From Candidatus Eiseniibacteriota bacterium (GTDB lineage: Bacteria > Eisenbacteria > RBG-16-71-46 > JABDJR01): DNA of 64,000 bases. The DNA lies in contig CAWANH010000028.1 of the NCBI GenBank assembly GCA_963783375.1, forward strand, positions 768,001 to 832,000, given 5' to 3'. A model generated the notes under the pieces. That model was not told where the DNA came from. It worked only from the letters and a program-made list of their open reading frames with translations, and ran no database searches. Positions 23,717 to 34,300 of the stretch are shown piece by piece. Each line of letters begins with the position of its first letter. Positions within the stretch are counted from its first letter, which is position 1. Both the position numbers and the translations under genes were made by a program.

Positions 23717-24268
23717 CTAGAACCGCGCGTACACCGCCGGGAAGGTTTCCCCCAGGTTGGCCACCACGTGGCCGCTCCGGGCCTCGTAGTACCAGCCTCC
23801 GCGCCCGGAACCCTGGGCCACGGCCTGGGACAGCTCGGGGAGGAGGCGGTTGTCGCGGGTGTCGATCCGGACCGCGCCCGATCCGCTGATCGGCTCGGCG
23901 GGGATCGATTCGAGGTAGGGGCCGAAGGGATGAGCGTCGTCTCGGACGGCCGACGGCTCGCCCCGGGCGTCGGTGTACTCGGTGAGCTGTCGCGCGAGGA
24001 TCTCGGGATCGCCCTGGCGGTTGAAATCCCCGGGGGCGGCGGGATAGGCCCCATGATCGGCCCGGTAGCTCTCGAGGGCCTGGCGGAGCTCGACCACGTT
24101 CTCCCGGAGGTTCGTCACCCCGCCGTGGGTGCCCCATCCCTCCCGGGCGATCTGGCCCACCACCACGATCATCAGCACCAGGCTCAGCCCCCACAGCACG
24201 TCGCGGAGCGAGAGGCCTCGGTCGGTCGGGTCGTCGTCGATGAGGGTCAAGTGACGGTGGTTGCGCAT
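23717..24268 (-). CDS. GspG-like (type II secretion pseudopilin-like) protein
   Basis: RG-LSLRDVLWGL plus a hydrophobic helix; LRQALESYRADHGAYP and GPYLESIPAEP resemble the GspG globular domain. Confidence 0.65.
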   Translation of the reverse strand: MRNHRHLTLIDDDPTDRGLSLRDVLWGLSLVLMIVVVGQIAREGWGTHGGVTNLRENVVELRQALESYRADHGAYPAAPGDFNRQGDPEILARQLTEYTDARGEPSAVRDDAHPFGPYLESIPAEPISGSGAVRIDTRDNRLLPELSQAVAQGSGRGGWYYEARSGHVVANLGETFPAVYARF

Positions 24269-24460
24269 GGTCCTACCCGATCAGGGTATCGGCCGTTCGC
24301 GCCCAGGGCTATACCCCATGCCTGCGAAGACCCCGACTCGGCGGGGGATCCGGCCCGATCCGGGCCGTCCCCCACCCCGTCGAAACCGGGGATGAAACCC
24401 GCCCCAGGGTCCCCGGCCCGCGATCCGAGCCCCTCCTGGCGATGCCCCCGGAGCGGAAGA

Positions 24461-26815
24461 CTAGTTTCGGGCCAGGGCGGCCAGGGCGCGCTGGCTCTCG
24501 TACTCGGAGCCGATCTTCCCGGCGGCGTCCAGGTAGGCCTGGCGAACGTTCCCATCCAGATGACGCGCCCGCGCGATCCCGGTCAATAGGGACGCCAGCT
24601 CGTAGTCCGAGCCGATCTCCCGCCCGGCCAGCCGGATCAGCCGCTCCAGATCGGCTGGGGCCAGCTCCCCCGAGGACAGCGCCGCATCCAGGGCCCGGTG
24701 AAGCTCGTAATCCGAACCGATCCCCTCGGCGGCATCCAGGTAGAGGGTCATGAGCCCGCCCTCGAGCGGATAGGTCCCGGCGAAGAGCTTCAGGAACTCG
24801 GCGGCTTCGTAGTCGGAGCCGATCCCCGCCGCCTGGCGAAGCACCCCCTCCCGGGCCGAGGGGCGAAGATCGCCCCTCTCAACCAGGGCGGAGAGCGCCC
24901 GGCGCGCTTCAAAGTCGGAGGCGATCTTGGCGATCGCCCCGGCCGCGGCCACCTGTCCCGCCTCGTCCAGATCCGACTTCCCGGCCAGGAGCACCACCAC
25001 CTGGGCCAGCTCGTAATCGGAGTGGATCTCCTTCCCCGCCTGGGTCAGGGCCGCGGCGGATTCCTCGGGGGTCAAGGTGGCGTGTCCGAGAAGCGCCACG
25101 AAGTAGATGCGCTTCACGTAGTCGGAGGGAATCGCGGAGATCTCTCCGAGCACCCCGGCCGCCCCGTCCCGATCGAGGATGCGTTCCACCCGCGTCTCGG
25201 CGTTGATGCCGGAGACCCGGTAGATGTCCGGGATCATCCTGGCCAGCCAGGCCCGCGCCTCCGCGTCGTAGGGGCGTTCCTTCCCGTCCACCGTCCAGGT
25301 GTAGGTCCGGCCGGAATCCCCGCCGGGCTTCACCTCCAGCCGCCGGGTCGTTCCGCCCCGCCGCTCCTCGATCAGGAGCCGCGCCCCCGACCCCAGGGTC
25401 GCGATGTCCGTTTCGTCATCGGTGAAGGTGACCGTTCCCGTGATCTGGAGCCGGGCCTGCCGCCCGCCGTCGCTCCAGTTCGCGGTCGTCTGGTCGTCGT
25501 GGATGTGTATGCTGGCGCTCGTTCCGTCGACGTCGTCCCGGTGGATCCATTCGCGGATCTTGGCCAGGGGCGACACCGCCAGGGGAGTGGTGAGGATGGC
25601 GGGTCGGGCCTCGGCGATCGCCCCCGGGCCCCCTGCCCCCGGCGCCGAGGCCTCGGCGGGCGCTTCCGCCCACGGACGGAGAGAGGCCAGGCCGGCCACG
25701 GCGAGCACCGCCGCCGCCCACGCCATCCTTCGCGAGCCGCGGGCCGAAGCCCGGTGGGAACGGGTCTCATCGAGGAGGGCGGACAGGCGGCCGCCGAGCT
25801 GGGAACGCGGCGCCATGGCCATGGCCGCGCCGGCCACCCGGCGAAACGTTCGCGCCACCTCCAGAAGCTCCTCGGCGTACTCGCTGGGGCGGACGCCCGC
25901 GGCCAGCACCATGTCGTCGGAAGCCAGCTCGCGCTCGACCCGGAGCCGGCGGGCCGCCGCCCAGGCCAGGGGGTTGAACCAGTGGATGACGCAGGTCGCC
26001 TGGGCCAGAAGCTGACACAGGTGATCGCGTCGCCGGACATGGGCCAGCTCGTGAAGGAGAACGTGGCGGCGGCGGCGCGCGGACCAGACCTCGGCGCCGG
26101 CCGGGAGGAGCACGGTGGGGCGGAAGACGCCCCAGGTCATGGGCATGGCGTCGGCGGGGCCCACCACGATCCGCACCCGGCGGCCAACGCCGAGTTCCGC
26201 GGCCAACCGGCGCGCCTCCCGGGCCAGATCGTTCCCGGCCAGCGCGGTCGCTCCCCGCGCCCCCGACCATACCCGGAGGTATCCCGCGGCGAGGCGGGCG
26301 GCCAGGAGCAGGGCGCCGAGTCCCCACAGGGCGAGGGCGAGGTTGAACCACGGGAAGGACCCCGCCCCTGAAAGGTCGATCGCGGTCTCCGGTTCGCGAC
26401 CGGCGGGCGCGTGCCCGGAACCGGAAACCGCGGGCGAAGGCGCCTCCTGCCGGAAGATCACCCCGCCGCCGGGGACGGGGACGGCGAGCAAGCCGCGGGC
26501 CGGCGCGGAGGTCTCGGCCGGCGCCGGGGCCTCGGCGGGCGATGCGGTCGCCGCGGGGCGGTCCAGCGCGAGGGGGATCGCCCGGGGGAGCGGCACCCCC
26601 GGCACGACCGCCGCCAGGGCGGGGAGCGCCAGAACCGCGGCCAGGCTCGCCGTCCACACCGTATGGCGGGTGGCGGCGGCCGACCGGCGGAGCGCCCACG
26701 CGACGGCGGACCCGGCGGCGAGGATCACCAGCGCCTTCAGGGCCGCATCGAGGATCAGGAGCTTCAGGACGGGCGCGCCGGCCAGGGCCTCCAGCGCCTT
26801 CATGAAGTCGTGCAT
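24461..26815 (-). CDS. BlaR1-like M56 family metallopeptidase with C-terminal helical repeats
   Basis: SAAATRHTVW, PMTWGVFRPTVLLP, LLHELAHVRRRD, WFNPLAW, RELASDD; seven IxSD/E(Y/F) repeats. Confidence 0.92.
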   Translation of the reverse strand: MHDFMKALEALAGAPVLKLLILDAALKALVILAAGSAVAWALRRSAAATRHTVWTASLAAVLALPALAAVVPGVPLPRAIPLALDRPAATASPAEAPAPAETSAPARGLLAVPVPGGGVIFRQEAPSPAVSGSGHAPAGREPETAIDLSGAGSFPWFNLALALWGLGALLLAARLAAGYLRVWSGARGATALAGNDLAREARRLAAELGVGRRVRIVVGPADAMPMTWGVFRPTVLLPAGAEVWSARRRRHVLLHELAHVRRRDHLCQLLAQATCVIHWFNPLAWAAARRLRVERELASDDMVLAAGVRPSEYAEELLEVARTFRRVAGAAMAMAPRSQLGGRLSALLDETRSHRASARGSRRMAWAAAVLAVAGLASLRPWAEAPAEASAPGAGGPGAIAEARPAILTTPLAVSPLAKIREWIHRDDVDGTSASIHIHDDQTTANWSDGGRQARLQITGTVTFTDDETDIATLGSGARLLIEERRGGTTRRLEVKPGGDSGRTYTWTVDGKERPYDAEARAWLARMIPDIYRVSGINAETRVERILDRDGAAGVLGEISAIPSDYVKRIYFVALLGHATLTPEESAAALTQAGKEIHSDYELAQVVVLLAGKSDLDEAGQVAAAGAIAKIASDFEARRALSALVERGDLRPSAREGVLRQAAGIGSDYEAAEFLKLFAGTYPLEGGLMTLYLDAAEGIGSDYELHRALDAALSSGELAPADLERLIRLAGREIGSDYELASLLTGIARARHLDGNVRQAYLDAAGKIGSEYESQRALAALARN

Positions 26816-26816
26816 G

Positions 26817-27206
26817 TCAGCGTCCTTTCCCGCGCGCTTCCTGGATGAGCGCGCTCAGCCGGGCCAGCTCCTCGTCGGTGAGGTCCTTCTGGGAGAGGTC
26901 GAGGAGCGCGGCCACCGCGTCCCCCGGCGAGTCGTCGAAGAAGGTGCGGAGCATCCGGCGGAGGGCGGAACGGCGGGCCCGGTCCCGGGGCAGGGTGGGC
27001 TCGTAGACGTAGCGCGGGCCGTCCTGGCGGTGCCGGAGGTGGCCCTTCTCCTCGAGGACCCGAAGCATGGCCCGGACCGCCGAGTAGCCCGGAGCCTGGG
27101 GGAGGGCGGCCTGGACTTCGGCCACCGTGGCGCGCCCCTCCTGGTAGACGATGTCCATGATCTGCCGCTCGCGGCGGCTCAGTTCGGGGAGCGGTTTTGG
27201 ATTCAC
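26817..27206 (-). CDS. BlaI/MecI/CopY family transcriptional repressor
   Basis: LSRRERQIMDIVY, YSAVRAMLRVLEEKGHL, GPRYVY, FFDDS; GTG start after GGGAGG. Confidence 0.93.
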   Translation of the reverse strand: MNPKPLPELSRRERQIMDIVYQEGRATVAEVQAALPQAPGYSAVRAMLRVLEEKGHLRHRQDGPRYVYEPTLPRDRARRSALRRMLRTFFDDSPGDAVAALLDLSQKDLTDEELARLSALIQEARGKGR

Positions 27207-27269
27207 GGTGCCTCCCTGGGAAATCGGGCCCCTTCGGCCCACGCCCCGCGGCGGGTCCACCCGGCCGTG

Positions 27270-27306
27270 GTGCTATGAAACCCGCACTGTGCTATAAAAA
27301 TAGCAC
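27270..27306. promoter_or_regulatory. Tandem palindromic operators upstream of the BlaI-like gene
   Basis: GTGCTATAAAAATAGCAC (27289-27306, perfect 7-bp arms) and degenerate GTGCTATGAAACCCGCAC (27270-27287). Confidence 0.75.
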
Positions 27307-27508
27307 TCAGGAAACGCCGGTCAAGGGAAAAGTAGCCGGGCGGAGCCGATCGTCGTGGGGTTCCCCGCCCGCGGACCGGTCGCCGGCCGGGGCGCCCTTG
27401 CCGGTCACTCCGCCGCCCCCTATGGTCATTGAAGCCCTACCGGGTCCTCCGGCCCGGATCATCCACCATAATCCTGCTCGATCCATCGCTCGCGAGAGGA
27501 GTCCTTCG

Positions 27509-28351
27509 ATGTTGTTGCCCCTTGTTTCCGGAGAGATCGTGGATCAACTCGTGCCGGTCGTCGCCAAGTGGGGCGTGCGCGTGGCGGGCGCCCTGGCCGT
27601 GCTCCTGGTCGGCTTGCTGGTGGCCAAGGCCATCCGCGGCGGGGTCCGCCGGGCCCTGGAACGCACCCGGGTGGACGCCACGCTGATTCCCTTCATCTCC
27701 AAGATCGTCTATTACGGGTTCCTCACCTTCGTGGTCCTGGCCGTGCTGGGGATCTTCGGGATCCAGACCGCCTCGATCATCGCCGTCCTCGGCGCCGCCG
27801 CCTTCGCGGTGGGCCTGGCGTTGCAGGGGACGCTCTCCAACTTCTCGGCCGGGGTCATGATCCTCATCTTCCGCCCCTTCAAGGTCGGCGATTACGTGGA
27901 GGCGGGGGGAAGCGCGGGATCGGTGGTGGAGATCGACATCTTCAACACCGTCCTCAACACCCCGGACAACGTCCGGGTGATCATCCAGAACTCCTCGGTC
28001 TACGGAAGCACGATCAAGAACTACGCCACCAACGACACCCGGCGCGTGGACATGGTGATGGGGATCGCCTACACCGACGACATCGGAACCGCGGTCGAGA
28101 CCATCGCCCGGGTGGTGAAGGCCGACGAACGGGTCCTGGCCGAGCCCGAGCTCACCGTGGCGGTGTCCGAGCTGGCCGACTCCTCGGTGAACCTGGTGGT
28201 CCGCCCCTGGTGCAACAAGGGGGACTACTGGCCGCTCAAGTTCGACCTGACCCGGAAGCTCAAGGAGGAGCTGGAAGCGGCGGGATGCAGCATTCCGTTC
28301 CCCCAACGCGACGTGCACCTCTTCACCGAGGCCGCGAAGACCGGATCCTGA
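27509..28351 (+). CDS. mscS: Small-conductance mechanosensitive channel MscS
   Basis: AVGLALQGTLSNFSAGVMILIFRPFKVGDYVE, RRVDMVMGIAY, IPFPQRDVHL; start at ATG 27509. Confidence 0.93.
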   Translation: MLLPLVSGEIVDQLVPVVAKWGVRVAGALAVLLVGLLVAKAIRGGVRRALERTRVDATLIPFISKIVYYGFLTFVVLAVLGIFGIQTASIIAVLGAAAFAVGLALQGTLSNFSAGVMILIFRPFKVGDYVEAGGSAGSVVEIDIFNTVLNTPDNVRVIIQNSSVYGSTIKNYATNDTRRVDMVMGIAYTDDIGTAVETIARVVKADERVLAEPELTVAVSELADSSVNLVVRPWCNKGDYWPLKFDLTRKLKEELEAAGCSIPFPQRDVHLFTEAAKTGS

Positions 28352-28592
28352 CCCGGCCTGTTCATGAAGCACCGTCGCGAGGGGGGCACACGGCCGCAAG
28401 GCCGGGCTGATCCCGCATCGTTGGACCCACCGCGCCGGCGCGCGGTTGCAGGTCGTTTCCGATCGCCGGGCAAGGGCAAGGGCGGGCTTGCCGTCCGTCC
28501 CGGCGCCCGCGCCTCCGGTCGCGGGAGGTTCGACCGCAGGGCTGTGCCCGAACCGCCTCCGGGTTTAGGATGATCGCGCATCCCCGGAGGCC

Positions 28593-29774
28593 ATGGACAT
28601 GCGCGCCCTGAACCTGATCGCCTTCCTCGTCGTCATCGGGGTCTTTCCCTGGGCGCCGTCGTTCCTGCGCGCCGGCGACGAACAAGACCTGAATTCGGTG
28701 GAGACACGGCTGGCCGGGAGCCCGAACGATCCCGTTCTCCTCTTCGAGGCCGGGCGGCTCTACCTGGAGGCCGGTGATTTCCGGAAGTCGCGGGAGATGC
28801 TCCTGCGGGCGACGCGGGCGGACTCCTCCCAGGCCCACGCCTTCTCCCTGCTCGGCCTCACCTACGCGGCGGAGCTCAAGGAGGGCTACGACGGGACGAT
28901 CGCCGAGGACACCGACCGGCGCGCGAAACTCGTCCGGTCCATGGTCGGCGCCATGTCCCGCGCGGTGGCGCTCGCCCCCGGCGACCCCGAAATCCGCCTG
29001 ACCCGGGGGATCGCCTGCGTGGAGTCCCCGGTCTTCGCCGGGTTCCTGGACCGCTTCGACGGCGACATGGCCCGCACCATCACCCGGGAGATCACCCGAA
29101 AAGCGTATCGGGGGTACCTCCAGGACGCGGAGGACGATCTCCAGGCGGTGCTGAACAGCGAGGCCCCCGACGAGATGAAGGCCGAGGCGTACTACTTCCT
29201 GGGGCTCCTCCACAAGAACCTGGGCCTTCAGTACTGGCAGACCCTGACCAGGGATCACGCCTCCACCGACGCTTCGCGCCGGGCCTGGGACGCCATGCGC
29301 CCCGAGGGGGCGGAGGTCGAGCGGGTTTCGTTGACCCAGGAGCAGGTCCGGGTCCGGTTCCAGCTCGGGTTCGAGAACGACCTCGCCCCCCAGACCGCGG
29401 TCTGGGTGGAGGACGCATCCGAGGCCTTCGTGAAGACCCTCTACGTCTCGGCCTTCTCCGGCCACGTGGGGAGCTCGGAGGTCGTGCTCCCGGTCTGGGC
29501 CTCGGCCTCGGAGTTCCGGACCGACGCCGCCACCGGGGCCAGCATCGCCACCGGAACCCACACCCTGGCCTGGGATCTCACCGGGGGCGGCGGCGCGCGG
29601 GTCAGGAACGGCGCCTACACGGTCAAGGTGGAGGTCCGTCACTGGCCGAGCATGCACTACCAGCTCGCGGCGGCGAAGATCGAGGTCGGCGGCGGGAAGG
29701 GGAAGACGGTCACCGTCCGGGAGGGAAACCTCGTGCCCCTCCTGGAGCTCGCCTACCTCCCGGCCGGGGAGTGA
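28593..29774 (+). CDS. Exported TPR-repeat protein with C-terminal DUF2271-like domain
   Basis: Signal peptide; TPR-like helices (EAGRLYLEAGDF, AYYFLGLLH); PQTAVWVED..FVKTLYV..TDAATGAS..WDLT..GAYTVKVE. Confidence 0.75.
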   Translation: MDMRALNLIAFLVVIGVFPWAPSFLRAGDEQDLNSVETRLAGSPNDPVLLFEAGRLYLEAGDFRKSREMLLRATRADSSQAHAFSLLGLTYAAELKEGYDGTIAEDTDRRAKLVRSMVGAMSRAVALAPGDPEIRLTRGIACVESPVFAGFLDRFDGDMARTITREITRKAYRGYLQDAEDDLQAVLNSEAPDEMKAEAYYFLGLLHKNLGLQYWQTLTRDHASTDASRRAWDAMRPEGAEVERVSLTQEQVRVRFQLGFENDLAPQTAVWVEDASEAFVKTLYVSAFSGHVGSSEVVLPVWASASEFRTDAATGASIATGTHTLAWDLTGGGGARVRNGAYTVKVEVRHWPSMHYQLAAAKIEVGGGKGKTVTVREGNLVPLLELAYLPAGE

Positions 29775-29865
29775 TCGTCGGGGGGTGATCCGTGGGACGG
29801 CGTGGACCGCGGCTCCGGCCTCCCGCCCCCGGTGGCCGCCCCTCCGAGGCTCCGGGGCGGTGGGT

Positions 29866-30501
29866 TCACACCCCCCGGCGCGTCGGCTCCCAGATGTGTT
29901 TGTGGATCTGGGGCTGGAACCGGACCGGCAACCGGTCCTCCAGGATCCAGGACGCAAGCTCCGCGTACTCCAGCTCGCCGAAGACCGGGGAGAAGAGCAC
30001 CTCGAACCGGCCGGCGAGATTCCGGCCCCGCACGGTCTCCCGCGCCCATTCATAGTCGAGGCGGTCGCCGATCACGAACTTCACCTCGCCCCCGGGGCGG
30101 AGCCGGTCCAGGTTCTCCCAGTGGACCTTGGCTGCCTCGCCGCTCCCCGGGCACTTCACGTCCAGGATCACCTTCGCTCCTTCGGGGAGGACCGAGATGT
30201 CCCGGTGTCCGCCGGTCTCCACCAGCACCTCGAAGCCCTCGGAGAGGAGCCGGCGGCAGAGCTCGGGGGTCTCCGCCTGCAGGAGCGGTTCGCCCCCCGT
30301 CACCTCCACCAGCGGGCACCCGTAGGAGCGCACCTCGGCCAGCACGTCTTCCAGGCTCATGGGCCGTCCCTCGGTGAAGGCATAGGCGGTGTCGCACCAG
30401 CGGCAGCGGAGGTCGCAGGCGGTGAGCCGGACGAACACGCACGGCCGTCCCGCCCGGGTGGACTCCCCCTGGATGGAATGGAAGATCTCGGTGACTTTCA
30501 T
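29866..30501 (-). CDS. queE: 7-carboxy-7-deazaguanine synthase (radical SAM)
   Basis: MKVTEIFHSIQGES, CDLRCRWCDT, VTGGEPLLQ, QPQIHKHIW. Confidence 0.95.
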   Translation of the reverse strand: MKVTEIFHSIQGESTRAGRPCVFVRLTACDLRCRWCDTAYAFTEGRPMSLEDVLAEVRSYGCPLVEVTGGEPLLQAETPELCRRLLSEGFEVLVETGGHRDISVLPEGAKVILDVKCPGSGEAAKVHWENLDRLRPGGEVKFVIGDRLDYEWARETVRGRNLAGRFEVLFSPVFGELEYAELASWILEDRLPVRFQPQIHKHIWEPTRRGV

Positions 30502-30599
30502 GAGGCGGTGATTGTAGCGCAGACCCGGCGGTCTACCGGGAGCCGCCGTCCGGCCCCGGAGTCCTTCCGACCGCTCGCCGTACCGATCGGGCCTAGACT

Positions 30600-30618
30600 T
30601 ACTTTGTATCACAAAGTA
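30600..30618. promoter_or_regulatory. Perfect palindromic operator between queE and the membrane-protein gene
   Basis: TACTTTGT-ATC-ACAAAGTA. Confidence 0.65.
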
Positions 30619-30685
30619 CACTATGGAATGATCCATCATCCCCTCGGAAACAACGATCGACGCGGAAGCGCACGGAGGCACGACC

Positions 30686-31270
30686 ATGGCGGGAATGACG
30701 GAAGGCGGGGGCGGACGGCGCATCAACCGTCGGCGGATGGCGGCCTGGGGCGCGGCGGCGCTGCTGCTGCTCGTCCCCTGGCTCGCGATGCAGGTTACCG
30801 ATCAAGTCGACTGGAGCGTGGCCGATTTCGCCGTCTTCGGCGCCCTCCTGGTCGGCGCCGGCGCCGCCTATGAGCTGGCGGTGAGGAAAACAGGCGACAC
30901 CGCGTATCGAGCCGCCGTCGCCCTCGCCCTCGCCGCGGCGTTCATCCTCGTATGGGTCAACGGCGCCGTCGGGATCATCGGGGCGGAAGACGATCCCGCC
31001 AACCGGATGTACATCGGGGTGCTCGCCGTCGGCGTCGCCGGCGCCCTCCTCGCGCGCTTTCGACCCAGGGGAATGGCGCGCGCGCTGTCGGCGACGGCGC
31101 TCGCCCAGGCCCTGGCCGCCGGGATCGGGCTCATCGCCGGGTTGGGCCGCCCGGCGAGTGGACCGGCGGAAATCGTCGCCGCCAACGGCTTCTTCATCGT
31201 GCTCTTCATCGGATCGGCGTGGCTGTTCCGGCGCGCCGGGCGCAGGGGGGTCGAACGGGGAGCGTCGTGA
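30686..31270 (+). CDS. Hypothetical integral membrane protein (about 6 TM)
   Basis: LLLVPWLAMQVTDQVDWSVADF, LVWVNGAVGIIG; GGAGG RBS. Confidence 0.85.
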   Translation: MAGMTEGGGGRRINRRRMAAWGAAALLLLVPWLAMQVTDQVDWSVADFAVFGALLVGAGAAYELAVRKTGDTAYRAAVALALAAAFILVWVNGAVGIIGAEDDPANRMYIGVLAVGVAGALLARFRPRGMARALSATALAQALAAGIGLIAGLGRPASGPAEIVAANGFFIVLFIGSAWLFRRAGRRGVERGAS

Positions 31271-31315
31271 CCGCCACGGAACGATTACGCACCGGCGGAC
31301 CGTGCTCCCCGGGTC

Positions 31316-34300
31316 TTACCCCTGTCCGTGATCCACCGACGCCACCTCCCGGCGGCGCGCGGTGCGCGACTTCCAGCGGACCCGCTCCTCGGCCAGCGTC
31401 CGCCGGAGCGCGAACCGCTTCAGGTCCCCCAGAGACAGGTACAGGCAGGGGATGAGAAAGAGCGAGAGCACCGAGCTGGCGGTGAGGCCGAACACCATCA
31501 CCACCGCCAGGGGTCCCCACACCTCGGAGTAGCCGCCCAACCCGATGGCCATGGGCAACAGCCCCACGATCGTGGTCACGCTGGTCAGCAGGATGGGGCG
31601 GACGCGGAGGTTTCCCGCCTTCAGCACCGCCCGCAACCGCGACGCCCCGCGCTCCCGGAGCGTGTTGACGAACGAGATCAGCACGATGGAGTTGTTCACC
31701 GCCACCCCGGCCAGGGCCACCAGGCCGAAGAGGTTGTTGACCGAGAACGGCGACCGGATGAGGAAGAGCCCCATCACCGCGCCCCAGAACGCGAAGATGA
31801 CCGCCATGAAGATGATGAGCGGCTGGGTGATGGAGTTGAACTGGGCGGCCATGATCACCAGCATGATGGCGATTCCCATCAGGAACAGGAGCCCCAGGTT
31901 GGTGAACGCCTCCTGGAACTCCTTGAACTCGCCGCCGAACTTGAGATCGTAGCCGGGATGGCGGAGGGCGATCGTCGGCCAGAACTCCATGAGCCGTTGG
32001 TTGGCCTCGACCCCGGTGATCTTCCGCTTGTCCACGTTGGCGGTCACCGTGATGGCGCGGCGTTTCTCGTCGTGCTTGATGGTGGCGTAGCCGGCCTCCT
32101 CGCGGATATCGGCCACGTCCTTTAGGTACAGCCGCCGCCCGGTGGGGGTGACCACGATGAGATCGGACAGGTCGATCCGCTCGGAACGCGAGGCCTTGTC
32201 GAGCCGCACCAGGACGTCGATGTCGTCGTCCCCCTCCAGGAACTGGGTGGCCACCCGCCCCTGGAAGGCGGCGTGCACGGTGGAGGCGACCTGGGCCACG
32301 GTGAGGCCGTACATGGCCGCCTTCTCCTCGTCCACCTTGACCCGAAGCTCCGGGGTGGAGGCGAGGAAGTCGTCCCGGATGTCCTTCACCCCATCCATGC
32401 CGGCCAGGCTCGTCTTCACCTCCTCGGCGGCCGCGCTCAACTCGTCGAGATGATCCCCGCGCACCTTCACCTCGACCGGCGCTCCGGTCGGCGGCCCCGA
32501 ACTCACCCGATGGAACTCGATGGCCTGGATGCCGGGCACCCACTCGGCCTTCTCGCGCATCCGGTTCATGAGCTCCTCGACTTCGAACCGGCGGTCGTTC
32601 TTGTCCCGGAGCTCCACCACCAGCTCGCCCACCGAGGGCTTCACGATCCACTCCCCCTCGGTCTCCTGCATCCCGGCCACCGAACGGACGTGCTTCAGGT
32701 CCGAGCCGGGGATGCTCTCCCGGGCGATGCGCTCCAGCTTGGCCAGGGTGGCGTCGGTGGCGTCGAGCCGGGTTCCCTCGGGCATGGTTGCGTAGACGAA
32801 GAAGAAGGGCACCTCCTCGTCGGCGAACATGTCCACCCCCACCGTGAACGCGATCGGGAGGCTGGCCAGGATGAGGAGGGTGGCTCCGCCCAGCACCCAG
32901 TACCGCCGCCGGATGGTCCTGGCCAGGAGCCGCCGGTAGAGGTGGCGCACCCCGGAGAAGTCCACCAGCGGCCTCTCCCGTCGCTTCCGCTTGCCGCTCC
33001 ACTCGGCGACGTGGGAGGGGAGGATGAAGAACGACTCGAAGAGCGAGGCGGCCAGCGCCATGGAGACCACCCCGGGGATGATCCGCATGAAGTCCCCGAT
33101 CACTCCCGGGAGGAGCATGAGCGGGAGGAAGGCGGCCATGGTGGTGCCGGCGGAAGTGAGGACCGGCACCATGACCTCGCGGGTGCCGACAACCGCCGCC
33201 TGGCGGGCCGGCATGCCCAGCTCCATGTACCGGAAGCAGTTCTCGATCACCACGATGGCGTCGTCCACCAGCATTCCCAGGACCAGCACCAGGCCGAAGA
33301 GGGAGCTTCCGTTGACCGTGTGCCCGGTGAAGCGCAGGAAGACGAAGGTCAGGGCCAGGGCCACCGGGATCCCGACCACCGCGAACGCCGCCTGGCGCCA
33401 GCCCAGGAAGATGAACAGGGTCACCGCCACCAGGAGCATGCCCATCCACGCGTTCATCTTGAGGGTGGATAGGATATCCTTGATGAAGTCCGAGGAGTCG
33501 TTGGTGAAGGTGATCGCCGCTCCCGGGGGAAGCCGGGTCTCCCGGTATCCCTCCGCCACCTCCTTGATCCGGTCCACGATGGTGATGGAGTGGCCGTCCT
33601 GCTTCTTGGACACGGTCAGGGTGACCGACGGCTTTCCGTTGAACTTGGAGCGCGTCTCCTCCTCACGGAAGGTATCGGAGACCTTGGCCACGTCTCCTAC
33701 CCGCACCAGGCCGCCCCCCGGCGACGCCCGTACGATGACGTTTTGAAGCTCCTCGATCTTCTCCGCCTCCCCCATCGTCCGTACCCGGTAATCCATGCGT
33801 CCGGTCTGGAGATCGCCGCCGGTGAGGTTCAGGTGCTTGGACCCGATGGCCATGGCCACCTGGTCGAGGGAGAGCCCGAACCGCTCCAGCCGCGCCGGAT
33901 TGGCCTCCACCCAGACCTCGCGCTCCCGCACCCCGGAGATCTGCACCCGGGACACCTTGGGGATGTCCAGGATGTCGTCCTTCAGGTCCTCGGCGATCGC
34001 CTTCATCTGGTGCTCGGGGACGTCGCCGGTGATGACCACGCTCACCAGGGGGGCGAAGTCCTGGGTCTTGAACTGGCTCACGTCGGGCTCCTCGGCGGCG
34101 TCGGGGAGCCGGACCTTGTTGACCGCGGCCCGCACGTCCTGGAGCCGGAGCTGAAACTTGTCGTCGGGCATGGTCTCGAACTTGAGCCAGACGAACGCCC
34201 CGCCCTCCCGCGAGATCGAGGTCATGGCGTTCAGGTCGTCGACGTTCTGGAGTTCCTCCTCCAGGGGAACGGTGATCGTCTTCTCGATCTCCTCGGGGGA

